The position numbers were made by a program, and so were the translations under genes. 64,000 bases of DNA, from assembly GCA_964016885.1 (NCBI GenBank), contig OZ024756.1, forward strand, positions 4,836,001 to 4,900,000, written 5' to 3'. Under the pieces are notes generated by a model. It searched no databases. It was not told the DNA's origin and saw only the letters and a list, made by a program, of their open reading frames with translations. This DNA is from Eledone cirrhosa (taxonomy: Eukaryota). This document shows, one piece after another, positions 28,364 to 41,357 of the stretch; the first letter of the stretch is position 1; each line of letters starts with the position of its first letter.

Positions 28364-29337
28364 AGGAATGTTACTTTAAATGTTAATGTATATCTTATAT
28401 ATTTTATGTCTATATATATGTATATATGTATGTAAATATATGTAGGGTGGAATCTTTTGTAATGCAATGAAGATTTTCATGAAATATAAGAATCTGTGGA
28501 GCATATCACGTAGGTTCACATGTGTGTCTATATTTATCAACTTGAATTTGAGATAACCTTCTCTTTTCTCTTTTTTCTTTTTTCATGAGAATGCATATAT
28601 ACTTATGTTTGAAGTTTTATCTCAGATTTTGCTTATAGACCTAAGAATTTTTAAACTAAGCATGGGGTCATTTTTTCACACGTTATGGATATGTGTCTCA
28701 TTCATGAATACTGATATTTACATTATAATACCTAATTCATAAAAATTGATAATTCAAATGGACGAGACATAATATATTTTTAATATATTTTAAATATATC
28801 ATCTTTCTTTCTTTTTCTCCTCTACACTGGACGTGATTTATGTGTCGGCTAGTTTAACTGTATCCCTTCCCTCCTTAACCTCTCACATATACGATGATCA
28901 TCTGTCCAAAAGCTGCCTACTATATTTTTTCACTTCCTCAATGTATTTCTCTCTCCCATATCTCCTTCTCTCTCTATCTCGCTCTGTTGTTTTTCTTTAC
29001 ATACATCTCTTCATCTTCTTCTTTTTTATTTACATACATCTCTTCATCTTCTTCTTTTCATCTTCGTTTTTCTTTCTATATAACTGTCATAACAGTTTCA
29101 CTACCAAATCAACTTTTTAAATGGAAGTTGCATTATTATAAGGTATGTCAAAATTATTTATAAAACAGCTTATGTATTGTATTTTGTCTGAGGAAGGCAT
29201 ACCATATTTTTAATATGATATCCCAGAAATATATATAACGAAATAAATATGGTTTTATAAATATAGTTTCCATTTGTTTAATATCGTATATATATATATA
29301 TATTTAAAAGAATAGAGGTGTAACACACAAGTTATGA

Positions 29338-29694
29338 TATATTGGTAAACGGAATAGAAAATGCTGACAAATTGTTCACAGTGAAAAATAGTTTAATTAG
29401 AAATAAGTGATAATTAGTAATAGTATTGGTTAGTATTAAGTTTTTGTTTTAAGTTTTACCGGTTGCGCATTTCTAATGCTTTTCAAAAATAATTTTGAGA
29501 TAGAGCGTCATATCAGAGTAAACATCACGGATGCTCTATCTCAAAATTATTTTTGAAAAGCATTTAGAAATGCGCAACCGGTAAAACTTAAAACCAAAAC
29601 TTAATACTAACCAATACTATTACTAATTCTCACTTATTCCTAATTAAACTATTTTTCACTGTGAACAATTTGTCAGCATTTTCTATTCCGTTTA

Positions 29695-29702
<8 letters not shown>
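29338..29702. repeat. Fold-back palindrome within (TA)n
   Basis: ~170-bp arms; contains GAAA-UGCGCA-AC, a possible decayed HHR 3' half. Confidence 0.88.
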
Positions 29703-29764
<62 letters not shown>

Positions 29765-30473
29765 ACACCACCACCAGCTCTCTCTCTCTTCCATTCTCCC
29801 TCTCTCTCTGTCTCTATTTCAATCTACTCTCACAAACCACTATCTCTCTCTCTCTGTTTATGAAGGTACCTGGAAAAACCCCATATCTCGGGAACCTGTG
29901 GTCCAATTGACGCGAAACTTGTTTTATTCCATTTGTATTCCCATTTCAGAGTCAACTTCGTTTCAAATTATTTTCCCATTATGCGCCCTTTTGACTGTAT
30001 TACATTACAGACAGGCAAGCAAGCAATCACAGACTTTTAGTAAGATATATATATATATTATTTACAATTTGCGAGTAGGCGGGTCTCTCTCGAAATTGGG
30101 GTGGGGGTACTGAATATATTACGTGGCCGGAGTGTAGTGGGGTGGCCCCAAATGTTTGAGAAACTCTGATTTAACCCCTAGTTGAGGTGTAGAGCCTGTC
30201 ACCTTCTCTCCACTCTTTCTTTCTTCCGCTGCCTAATAAACCTTGCTCTTTCCCTCCCTTTGTTCACATTTATGGCATTTACAGTGCTCTCCCCTAATTC
30301 CCCATTTAGCCAGATCTGCCCTTATTTACCTCTTCCCTCTTTTTAAAAAATATTTATATAATAAGATATGAAAACTTAATAAATAATTTAAATAAAATTC
30401 TTAAAAAATAATTTGGGGAATGAGATACTTTGGGAGGTAACCTAGGGCGAAATGTGCTTCCACTCTGGCCTAT

Positions 30474-30563
<90 letters not shown>

Positions 30564-30844
30564 TTTTGAGTTTATGTTGGTTCCTTTAACACCTAGTCCC
30601 CTCTACCATTTTATCAATTTTTAAGCTAACTCCAACAATAACAACACTTAGAATGAGGAATGTTCTAATAACTGACCAATGAGAGGAGAAGAGGACCTTT
30701 GACACTGAAATTCGTTTGTTTGAATTCATATGATTCCAGTTCCTCAGTGAAATAACAACCCAACAAGGAACTGGGCATATCAGAGTATTGACAATATTAT
30801 ACACCTAAACAACTTATGTACTTGTCTATACCATACTAATTCAA

Positions 30845-30899
30845 ACTGCCTGAAGAGGTCACAGCCAAAGATGGCTGTCACTGAAATATATATAGCAGT
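30845..30899 (+). ncRNA. Type I hammerhead ribozyme
   Basis: ACUGC-CUGAAGA-GGUCACAGCCA(AAGA)UGGCUGUCACU-GAAA-UAUAUA-UA-GCAGU then AATAAA; perfect 5-bp stem I. Confidence 0.8.
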
Positions 30900-30957
30900 A
30901 ATAAACGAAGCTTAATAAACGAAGCTAAATTTTAATCATTTGACTTTTATTTAACTT

Positions 30958-31038
<81 letters not shown>

Positions 31039-31195
31039 GATAAATCTACCAAGAGTTTGTATAATTTTGTACATAGATCTGTTGAATATGCATGCCAATT
31101 CTAACACATATATATCCTAGAAACGATCGTTAAATAATGAACTTTTTTTGTTTAATATAAGGAACTGTTTCATTGTTTTATTCATTATTTGTTTA

Positions 31196-31319
<124 letters not shown>

Positions 31320-31362
31320 GAGAGTAAAACAAAGAAGCCTTCAATACATCAAAAGTCTTTAT

Positions 31363-31404
31363 TAGCCGACAATGTTTCGTCCTATTAAGGACTCATCAGG
31401 GCAA
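31363..31404 (-). ncRNA. Minimal type I hammerhead ribozyme
   Basis: Reverse complement of the 31416-31457 motif. Confidence 0.85.
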
Positions 31405-31415
31405 TTAAATTTTAA

Positions 31416-31457
31416 TTGCCCTGATGAGTCCTTAATAGGACGAAACATTGTCGGCTA
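31416..31457 (+). ncRNA. Minimal type I hammerhead ribozyme
   Basis: GCC-CUGAUGA-GUCC(UUAAUA)GGAC-GAAA-CAUUG-UC-GGC followed by AATAAA. Confidence 0.88.
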
Positions 31458-31602
31458 ATAAAGACTTTTGATGTATTGAAGGCTTCTTTGTTTTACTCTC
31501 TTAATTTTTCGGCTCTGTTTAACTACATTGAGCTATACCTTTTACTGTCATTTCTATAATACGAAGAGGGTGTTTAACTCCAACACACTCCAGTATTTTA
31601 AC

Positions 31603-31669
<67 letters not shown>

Positions 31670-32456
31670 TCATATGTGGAGCGTGGAGAACAATAATACG
31701 CAAAGACAAAACCGCGTAAATGGTATAGCAGAAATCGTAGACTAAAATTCTAACTAGGAGACCGAATGAATCTCCGCTACAGAGTTAAGGAGAAGTAAAT
31801 AAATACAATACAGAAGTAATAGAAATAAATAAATACATACACGCAAACAGATACGTACATACACAAGCATACGCAAAACCTTACCATAGGTATACAAAAC
31901 CACCCACATATAAATATGTGTGTGTGTGTGTGTATGCTTGTGTACAAATAAATAAATAATTATATAAACGTATATAAGTAAATAAATACGTATATAACAA
32001 GCGCACACACATACCTATATATAAATACACGAATGTTCGGAGACGTAAGTCAACTAAAACAAGAAGTAAACATATACACACACCCACCATACGTACGAAC
32101 CTGCATACTCACGCAGACGCAAAACTCCCGTATACACATAGCCGAACCCTAAATACCAGAATATGTAAAAATTATACGCCATAACAGTCAAATATACGTA
32201 CGAGAAGGTATACATACCTTCACAAAACATACGGGTAATATATACTTACCTATGCAAATATATATATATATATATATATATAATAATTAATACAATAACA
32301 GAGATAGTTTAAAGCTAATCTCTGACTGGTAACCATCTCACTCAACAAACATTAGGTTATATTTTAATATAAACCCAATTTAAGTGTTTGGGGTGCTAAC
32401 AATATGTATTATGTGGAAAAGCCAGTTGTATTATTTTATGAGATATAATTAAAGTT

Positions 32457-32503
<47 letters not shown>

Positions 32504-32589
32504 AGGGAGTGTAACGGGAAGTTACTGTAGGTGATTACTCGATGTTTAGGTTCACGTCAGTATCGAAGTGTAGGGCTAGACAGAGGGTA

Positions 32590-32838
32590 ATATAATAATA
32601 CAAGGTCGAATGCTTACTCCTTCATTACGTTTATTGGCTGGAGACGGGCGTTTCGCTACTGGTCAGCTCAAGGTTCGATCTGTATCAATCTAGCCCGTCT
32701 CTGGAATCAAACGAGCTTTTGATTCCAGAATCAGGCTAGATCGATACAGATCGAACTTTGAGCTGACCAGTAGCGAAACGTGCGTCACCAACCAATAAAC
32801 GTAATGAAGGAGTAACCAATCGTCCTTGTATTATTATA
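32590..32838. repeat. Fold-back palindrome containing HHR 3' half (GAAA-CGUGCG-UC...AATAAA)
   Basis: ~115-bp imperfect arms centred at ~32714; homologous to 25650-25750. Confidence 0.85.
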
Positions 32839-32976
32839 CACATTCTGAGTTCAAATCCTGCCGAGGTTAACATTGCCTATCATCCTTACGGGGTCGATAA
32901 AATAAAGTACCAGTAATGCTCTGGGTATTTGCTGGCCTTGTGCCAAAAGTAGAAACAATTATTATATACACACATA

Positions 32977-33021
<45 letters not shown>

Positions 33022-33022
33022 A

Positions 33023-33135
<113 letters not shown>

Positions 33136-33208
33136 GGAATAGAATGAAACGAAATTTCATATCTCTCTCTTAGTACGGCACTTACTTAAATGTAATACAA
33201 TCATACTT

Positions 33209-33237
<29 letters not shown>

Positions 33238-33245
<8 letters not shown>

Positions 33246-33497
33246 TCCCAGGAATCAAAGCTATGTTCAAAGTATTTATTAGCTTACAATTGTTTCATCC
33301 AAACCGAGGCTTGGAATCTTCGGAGCATTTTTCAATGTTTGTATACATACATGACCTCCTTTCCAACGTTGGAAAGGAGGTCATGTATGTATACAAACAT
33401 TGAAAAATGCTCCGAAGACTCCAAGCCTCGGTTTGGATGAAACAATTGTAAGCTAATAAATACTTTGAACATAGCTTTGATTCTTGTGAATTCTATA
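33238..33497. repeat. Fold-back palindrome with two divergent HHR variants (CCGAAGA core)
   Basis: Centre CCAACGTTGG at ~33367. GCU-CCGAAGA-CUCCAAGCC(UC)GGUUUGGAU-GAAA-CAAUUG-UA-AGC then AATAAA at 33409-33460, mirrored at 33282-33326. Confidence 0.88.
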
Positions 33498-33679
33498 TAA
33501 CTGCTCTGTAGAACAACTGATGTTATTACATTGAGCTATTTATCTTACTGGTAATAAGGTAGTAATAAATTACTGTCTTTCACTGTTTAGGGTTTAAAAT
33601 ATATGTAACTATAAAAAAAGTTTTAGTATATACATAACCATAAATAGTATCCTTAATACTATATATATATATATATATA

Positions 33680-33796
33680 TATAGGAACCAGTAAGACCCC
33701 GACGGCTGAGCTCAAGCCGTTTCGACGGCTAATTCAGTCCAGAATTAGCTGTCGAAACGGCTTGAGCTCAGCCGTCGGGGTCTTACTGGTTCCTAT
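33680..33796. repeat. Fold-back palindrome with HHR 3' half (GAAA-CGGCU...AGCCG-UC)
   Basis: ~55-bp arms; downstream tail shared with 26665-26733. Confidence 0.85.
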
Positions 33797-33892
33797 TACC
33801 CACTCTACTACCCTAAGTATTGAGTACTTTGGTGCGTTATGGTCCACCTGGTTCCTTACCACATTTACTTCGTTATATATATATATATATAT

Positions 33893-33987
33893 TCAAGGTG
33901 TCCCCAAAAGTGTATACACACATTATTATCTGCGCAGGCAATATTTATTAGAATGCTGTTGAAGTATGTAGACATTTTTGTGACCCG

Positions 33988-33990
<3 letters not shown>
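33893..33990. mobile_element. Short Tc1/mariner-type MITE remnant
   Basis: CAAGGTGTCCCCAAAAGTGTATACA ... TGTAGACATTTTTGTGACCC imperfect TIRs in a TA context. Confidence 0.45.
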
Positions 33991-34018
<28 letters not shown>

Positions 34019-34019
34019 T

Positions 34020-34620
34020 GACTTCTGGAGATTTTAGCCCTAGGACCACCTCCCTACCCATCACCATCGGCACAGATTTGGTTACCCGCAGGTGTGAGAA
34101 CAGCGAACTGGAATAGCCCTGCCAGCGCGTTTCCTTTACCATCCTCTGGGGAAACACCTTCTCTATTCTGTCGGCCGGGACTACGGGGCGGACAGCTCGT
34201 GAGCCTCCATTTGCTTATAATAGTGAGAGATAATCAGAGCTGAAGAGACGGAGGCAACGACAGCGGTAGTTTGGTTCCATTGTGTTCGCACCTGGTGTAC
34301 ATGGGGTTTCCCTGAAGCTTGGCCTCGGGATCTGCAAGTCACATAAATGTCGCTGCTGATCCACCCTGGACTCTTTCGGCCTCCACCTGCTTTCTTGTCG
34401 CTACAATGCCGGCCGCCTTCTCTAGCCGCAACCCGGTGCAGTCTGCGACCAACCCAGGTTCTGCTGCACTTCGGGATGAGAAGGGCAAACTCTCCAAGCA
34501 TCGGTCGCTCTCCGACAGGTTTGCGGTCGTGCCCCTAGCAGTGGAGACTTCTGGGGTCCTTGGCCCTAGAGTTACCTCCCTACTTACCATCATAGGCGCT
34601 GAGCTACCTGGCCGCAGGTG
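34020..34620 (+). mobile_element. Two CRE-like retrotransposon fragments
   Basis: NPGSAALRDEKGKLSKHRSLSDRFAVVPLAVETSGVLGP; homologous to the fragments at 16045 and 19700. Confidence 0.75.
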
Positions 34621-35056
34621 TGTACATACATATTTACCACACCACTTTGATACATCTTAATAAAAGGACGAAGAAAAACAAATACTGAAAACAAAAGAAC
34701 AAAAAAATCATTGAAGTAATTATTCTCAAAATAACAAAAACGAACTGACAACTTATTGCAAATAAATACTTTGCGTTTTCAAAGGGAGATAATTCTTAAT
34801 TCTATTAAAGGGAAGTAACAATTTATTGTTGTTGAAAGTTCGCGGGAAGTTTAGTATTGCAAACAGACTCCCACTAAAGGACTCAGTGCAGGTTTAATCC
34901 TTATTATTTCTTTTAGAATTGTAAGTTAAGATATCAAACTTTTTAAAATATTTACTTAAATATTTTATCCTATTAATACTGTCCTGCATTAATAATATAA
35001 ATAACACGTTGAAAGAATATTAGTAAATTTCTCACTCGATGTCACACATAGACACA

Positions 35057-35091
<35 letters not shown>

Positions 35092-35151
35092 TTATCCGTA
35101 TGTGGTTGACGGTTGAGAGAAAAGAGTACTCAATACCGAAGTAGAGTTTTA

Positions 35152-35268
35152 ATATTCATTTTATTAAGGCAAAATAGTGAGTCTAACTCGTTGTCCGATG
35201 ACCCTTTGATAAACAGGCGAAACTCCAGAGGAACAAGTCTCGCTTTTTAGCCTTAATAAAATGAATAT
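35152..35268 (+). repeat. Hairpin enclosing a degenerate HHR
   Basis: UUGU-CCGAUGA-CCCU...AGGC-GAAA-CUC(CA)GAG-GA-ACAA at 35191-35236, inside ~30-bp inverted arms. Confidence 0.65.
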
Positions 35269-35499
35269 AAATATATATATATACACATATATCTCGTACT
35301 TTTGTGTCCTACTCTATAATTCCTTCATGTTTATATTTTCCTTTCTTTTTACTACACAGTACTCCTCTAAGTATATATATAGAATGATATTAAATAAATG
35401 GAAAGTATATTTATAAAACCATATTTATTCTATTATATATATTTTTCCATTTGTTTTACCACACAGTACTCTCTTCTCTCACCTGAATGTCTTGTTTTA

Positions 35500-35543
<44 letters not shown>

Positions 35544-35714
35544 TGTAGTACAAGATGGTGTAAATATCCAAGAGTTTAGAGCACCTTGTCCGTAGGACGA
35601 GTTATGTATATTCAGTTACAACAGTGACATATAGAGAATGAATGAGTTCTGATAGACAACCCAACGAAACTTAAGTACCCGTATAGTGTCACAGTTGTAA
35701 CTGATTATATATCA

Positions 35715-35920
35715 CCGACATCCAGAGTTGACATTGCACTCAGTGCTCCTTTGGGAGCCCCTACATGGACACACTAGAAGAGGAAGACCAAGGTTAACAT
35801 ATGTTGATGCCCTAAGGACAGACACTGGTCTGTTGGAGATGCAGGATATGGCAGCGATAATGAGGGACAGAGACCGCTGGAGAGAACTCGTCCATGGATC
35901 TCGGGAATTTTACCCGCCAT

Positions 35921-35922
<2 letters not shown>
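35715..35922 (+). mobile_element. RTE-clade LINE 3' end fragment
   Basis: LLWEPLHGHTRRGRPRLTYVDALRTDTGL..MRDRDRWRELV. Confidence 0.75.
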
Positions 35923-35975
<53 letters not shown>

Positions 35976-36231
35976 GGACATCTAAATATGATGATACGAT
36001 ATCGTTGGCGGAAGTGAAAGCTTGTTTGATAAACAATTTACCTCTCAAAATACGTATGGTATCATTTTCATTTACTACTGACAACGTATATACACACACT
36101 CACACGCCTACATACACACACTCACACACCTACATACACACACTCACACGCAGGTGTATTCCTGATGTTTATAGGTATGTGACTGCAGTTTACAAAATGT
36201 ACTCAATACTTTAGTAGAGTTATATACACAC

Positions 36232-36262
<31 letters not shown>

Positions 36263-36654
36263 AATGTATATATACATGTGACTGTGTATATTTATATATA
36301 TACATGTATATGTATATATACATATATGTATGTGTGGGTATATATATATATGGTTAGAGCATTGGGCTTGCAATCGAAAGGTTGTGAGTTCAATTCTCAG
36401 ATCGGGTGATGTGTTGTTTCCTTGAGCAAGACACTTTATTTCACATTGCTTCAGTTTACTCAGCTGTAGAAATGAGATGATAGGGACTGGGGTCCCTATC
36501 ATTTCACTGCAAAGTGATCGTGCAGGTGCCACGGCAAAAAAACACCCAGCACTCACTGTAAATGAGGTTGGTGTTAGGAAGGGCATCCAGCTGTAGAAAT
36601 CAAACCAGAATCAGTTCACGTCCCACCTGATGATGATATATATATATATATACA

Positions 36655-37877
36655 CAAAGTTCTAGTTTGTAGGAAAGCAAATAAGGCGCCGGTCCCTTCC
36701 GGGAAATGGCCATGCTCAGTGTGTAGGAAAGGCGTAGGTAGAAACTCCATTTTATGTCCCAAATGCAAAGTATGGGTGCATAAAAGATGTAGTGGGATCA
36801 CAGGTAAGCTAACCAAGAACATAGATTTTACACGTGGCCGGTGCTCTGGTGCAATAAGTAGCAGCAAGTGCCCATAAAATACTAGCTCTTTCAATTGCGC
36901 AGAGGGTTCTATAGAAATAGTAGACAGCTTCCGTTACCTGGGTGACAAAATCAGCAGTGGGGGAGGGTGCTCTGAAAGTACAGTAGCTAGAGTCAGAACT
37001 GGATGGAAAAAGTTCAGAGAGCTTATACCACTATTAGCCGCTAAAGGGTTCTCCCTAAAAATGAAAGGCAGGCTGTATGACGCCTGCATACGAACAGCAA
37101 TGTTGCATGGCAGTGAGACCTGGGCATTGTGTGCAGAGGATATATGCAGACTAGAGAGGAACGAAGCTTGCATGCTCCGCTGGATGTGTAATAGTAATAT
37201 AAGCGAACGGCAAAGCGTAAACGAACTAAGGGAAAAATTAGAAATAAGAGGGATCAGATGTTGTTTAGTTGAGAGAAGGCTACGTTGGTATGGTCACGTG
37301 ATGTGCATGAAAGACAACAGCTGTATAAAAAAGTGCAGGGCTATAAAGATAGACGGTAGCCATGGAGTAGGCAGATCCAGAAAAACCTGGGACGACCTGA
37401 TAAATTCCGACCTCACACACTTACACCTCTCCAAGACAATGTCACTGGACCGAGATCTTTGGCGGTACCCAGTAATAGAGAAGACCCGCCTTACCTGAAA
37501 TACAAAGTAAAACCTACTACAGTCAGTAGCCATCTCTAACAAAACACACCTCCGCCCCCCCCATCCACACCGCCCCTTTCAATGTAAAGTTATGTTGGTG
37601 CCACAGCATCCAGGCCGAAACAAATGAGATCGTGTAGGTGTCACGACAAAAAAAACACACAGTCCACGCTGTAATGTGGCCGTGTAGGCAACACGGTAAA
37701 AACCTCCCAGCCCCACACTGTAAATGTGGTTGGTGTTAGGAAGGGCATCCAGCTGTAGAAAACCCGCCAGACAGTCCTATGCGAGCAAGACAACCACTCT
37801 TGCCTCAAGTGGGAAAACTCCCGTCCAAATCCATGTAAGCGTGGAACATGGACGTTAAACGATGATGATGATGATGA
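36655..37877 (+). mobile_element. RTE-clade LINE, 5'-truncated, with 3' UTR and (GAT)n tail
   Basis: EIVDSFRYLG..KGRLYDACIRTAMLHGSETW..RRLRWYGHV..GRSRKTW; tail ACGTTAAACGATGATGAT. Confidence 0.9.
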
Positions 37878-37879
37878 CA

Positions 37880-38153
37880 CAATGATATTAAATAAATGGA
37901 AACTATATTTATAAAACCATATTTTATTATATATATTGAAAGGGTACCAAGACAACATTGGTACGCTTTCATCAGATAAAATACAAAGTTTGTTTTATAA
38001 ATAGAGACATACTCATGAAAATCATACCTTATCGGTTGGAAATTCACTGGATAGATAAGGTATGATTTTCATGGGTATGTCTCTATTTATAAAACAAACT
38101 TTGTATTTTATCTGATGAAAGCATACCAATGTTGTCTTGGTACCCTTTCAATA
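37880..38153. repeat. Fold-back palindrome of the 23072-type HHR family; right arm split by a Helitron and resuming at 39271
   Basis: 37930-38033 is inverted at 38055-38153; 39271-39328 mirrors 37880-37930. Confidence 0.85.
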
Positions 38154-39270
38154 TCTATATATATATATACAGAAGATGTCTGTCTGTGTGTCTGTTTCCC
38201 TAAAACTCGAGAAGTACCAAATCGTTTTTTTTCAAACTTTACACATGTAACCTGTATGGCCCCGGAAGTGTTTTGAGCATAAAGTAATTTCAAATTATTC
38301 TGACCTAGGGATCGAATTAGTGAAATGGCCAATGTCTGTACATAATGAGGGAGTGAGAGGGGAGAGAAAGAAACGGAGAGGCAAAGTGAAGAAGTGGCTC
38401 TCTACTCCTCCACCTCCTTCTCCCCATTCGTCACAGCGTTTTTGGATAGAGGGTAGAAATGTGAATGAGTTACAGAGAGAAAGAGTGAGAGTGAAAGAAA
38501 CAGACAGACTAAAAGAGGGGATAGCGGGAGAAAGAGGGAGAGAGAGTGACAGACACCGTCTTTTGAGAGTTGTATGCGTCAAAGATACATGACAGTGGAA
38601 TAACTATTGCGTTTTGTGTGTACGTGCGTGTGTGTGTGTGTGACTTTGTGTGCGTTTGCATGCATGAGTGTGTATGTGTGCGTGAGTGATTATAAACTCT
38701 CTCAGATGGTCTGATAGAATTAAGAAACAGACAGACTAAAAGAGGGGGATAGCGGGAGAGAGAGAGACGCTGGAAGAGGGGAAAGAAAGCTATATGTCTT
38801 GCTGTCTGCATTACGATACATATATATACACACACACACACTGATCGCGTCATAATGACGTAATGCAGACAGACAGATATTATAAGGGCGCAACATTATA
38901 TCTATGTATCTATCAAAAAAGAAAGACTAAGAATTATAGAGAGATCGCTAAATCGCCTAATGCGGTCCCTAGGGCTTTGAAAATTTGAAATATATTTTGC
39001 TCAAAACACTCACAGGACCATAAGTATTTATTGTGTAAAGTTTGAAAACAATCGGTTGGGTGGTTCTCAAGTTTTAGTGAGCTGACAGACAGATAGACAT
39101 TCTCTGTTTTAGATATATAAATTATATATTCGTGTACAGATATTTTTGCATACACAATAACAAAATATAAATAAACATATTTATTTCACGAGGCTCAATA
39201 AGGATAAATATATATCAAATATATAAGAACCCTAGAGCAAATCCCGAGTAACGCCGGGTCATTCTGCTAG
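38154..39270 (+). mobile_element. Non-autonomous Helitron
   Basis: 5' TC (TCTATATA...), 3' hairpin CCCGAGTAACGCCGGG then CTAG. Inserted between A and T without a TSD, and the empty site is visible in the opposite palindrome arm. Confidence 0.8.
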
Positions 39271-39499
39271 TGTATAATAAAATAAATATGGTTTTATAAA
39301 TATAGTTTCCATTTATTTAATATCATTGAATATTTACTCCAGTAACTTGTTGAGTGCTCTAAATCAGTTATAAGCATTTATATTTGTCGGACTTCCAACA
39401 AATTAAATACCCCTTCTACTTATATATATATATGAACTCCTGATGGGGTTTGGGAGATGACCATAGTTAAGAAAGGTACTCAATATATTGGTAGAGTAT

Positions 39500-40007
39500 A
39501 TGCATCAAGGGGAATCAAATGCTGTGTGCAGAAGAGGGGATTACGTTGGTATTGGTATGTGATGCATATGAAGGATGACAGCTGCATAAAAAGGTGCAGA
39601 GCACTAAAGGTTGATGGAAGCCTTGGAGTGGGGGGACCCACAAAGACCTTGGATGTGGTGATAAAAGTTGATCTTGCCTAATTGCAACTCTGAAAGGTGA
39701 GACCTCTGGCGTTACACAGTAATACAGAAGACCCGACTTTCCATGGGTCCAAGCCGAAGCTGAAGCATATAGACAGTATACCCCCACCCCCTCTCATTGT
39801 AAAGTGGTCATGTAGGAAGCATGGTAAAAAGCACCCAGTACTCACTGTAAATGAGGTTGGTGTTAGGAAGGGCATCCAGTTGTAGAAACCAAGTCAGAAA
39901 CATTCCTATATGAGCAAAACACGGTCACCTGACCCAACTTACCTCAAATGGGACAACCCATCTAACCCACGCTAGAGTGGAAATTGACGTTAAACGATGA
40001 TGATGAC
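39500..40007 (+). mobile_element. RTE LINE 3' fragment with (GAT)n tail
   Basis: RGIKCCVQKRGLRWYWYVMHMKDDSCIKRC; homologous to 37250-37877. Confidence 0.8.
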
Positions 40008-40012
40008 ATATA

Positions 40013-40542
40013 TCATCATCATCATCATTTTACGTCCGCTTTTCCCTGCTTGCAAGGGTGGGACGGGTCTTATTCAGCACAGCATCTCTCCACTCGTCAC
40101 GGTCCCTCGTCATCTCCACCGTGAGCTTCAATGATCTGAGGTTTGCTCTCACCATCTCCGTCCATGTTTTTCGTGGTCTACCTCTACCACGTCTTCCTTC
40201 AACTGGCAATTCCTGGCACTTCTTCACCCATCGGTCATCCTCCATGCGCATCACATGTTCATACCATCTCAGTCTCCTCTCCCATACACTACATTCTATC
40301 CCTCTCAGACACAGTTTCTCTCTCAACACATTTATGCTGGGTCGTTCACGCACATTTACACTGCACATCCAACAGAGCATGCTTGCCTCATTTCTCTCCA
40401 GCCGTCGCATATCCTCTGCAGTTGCTGCCCATGTCTCGCTACCATGCAGCATCGCGCTCCTCACACAGGCATCATACAACCGGCCTTTCGTATGCAGGGA
40501 GAAACCCTTCTTCGTCAACAGAGGAAGCAGCTCCCTAAACTT
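40013..40542 (-). mobile_element. RTE LINE 3' fragment
   Basis: KGRLYDACVRSAMLHGSETW..RRLRWYEHVMRM..GRRGRGRPRKTW; (GAT)n tail. Confidence 0.9.
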
Positions 40543-40973
40543 CTTGTTTCTACTTTTGGCACAAGGCCAGCAATTATCCAGTGCATTACTGGTACTTTAT
40601 TTTATCGACCTCGTAAGGATGAAAGGCAAAGTTAACCTCGACGGGAATTGAACTCAGAATGTAAAGGGCCGTAACTCTATACTGGAAAGCATGGCATCCG
40701 ACTCTCTACCGATACTGCCAATCCACTACCATATATATATATGTAATGTATATATATATATATCTATTATCATCATCATCACTGTTTATCATCTATTTTC
40801 CATTACTTGTGTTTTATATATGCAACTTGTTCAGCTATTTTATAGTTAAACCTGCATTGTAGCAGCTTATAATAAGCTAACATACATCTAAAATATAAAT
40901 AGTTTTACTTGTAGAATATTTCCTCATAAGATACCTTACCTATATTTTCCTCTTTTATTAGAGATGCTGTATA

Positions 40974-41222
40974 ATGGATTTGTGGGAGGTATGTCCCCAT
41001 ATTGTCTGTATGAACCCAGAAGGAACATTCTATGATGGTTACATCAGTGTTATGAATCAACATTTCCGTCTGTCCCTTTCATTACCTCCTGACCATTCTC
41101 TTCTGGAAGCTGAGTTAAAGTTTCAACCTGATCTCCACTATCTTTTAATTGAGTATCAACCGTTGATCAAACAACGCTTGAGTCAGTGCTCCACTGTGTC
41201 TGCATTTCTACAAGAATTGAAG
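40974..41222 (+). CDS. FANCL: E3 ubiquitin-protein ligase FANCL, coding exon 1 (ELF domain, 83 aa)
   Basis: CPHIVCMN..YDGYISV..FRLSL..QRLSQC..FLQELK matches the FANCL N-terminus. Phase-0 donor AAG|GTAT at 41222/41223. A pyrimidine tract + AG at 40960-40961 suggests an upstream 5'-UTR intron. Confidence 0.88.
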
Positions 41223-41357
41223 GTATATAACATATTTTGTTCCAGTTGTACCCATTAGTATCATGTATGTATGGAACCGTAATTCCTGATGGAGTCACAG
41301 AGGCACTGTTGTGACATAGACTGTATCTTGGGCATTTTTTAAACCAGGTTTGAACAA

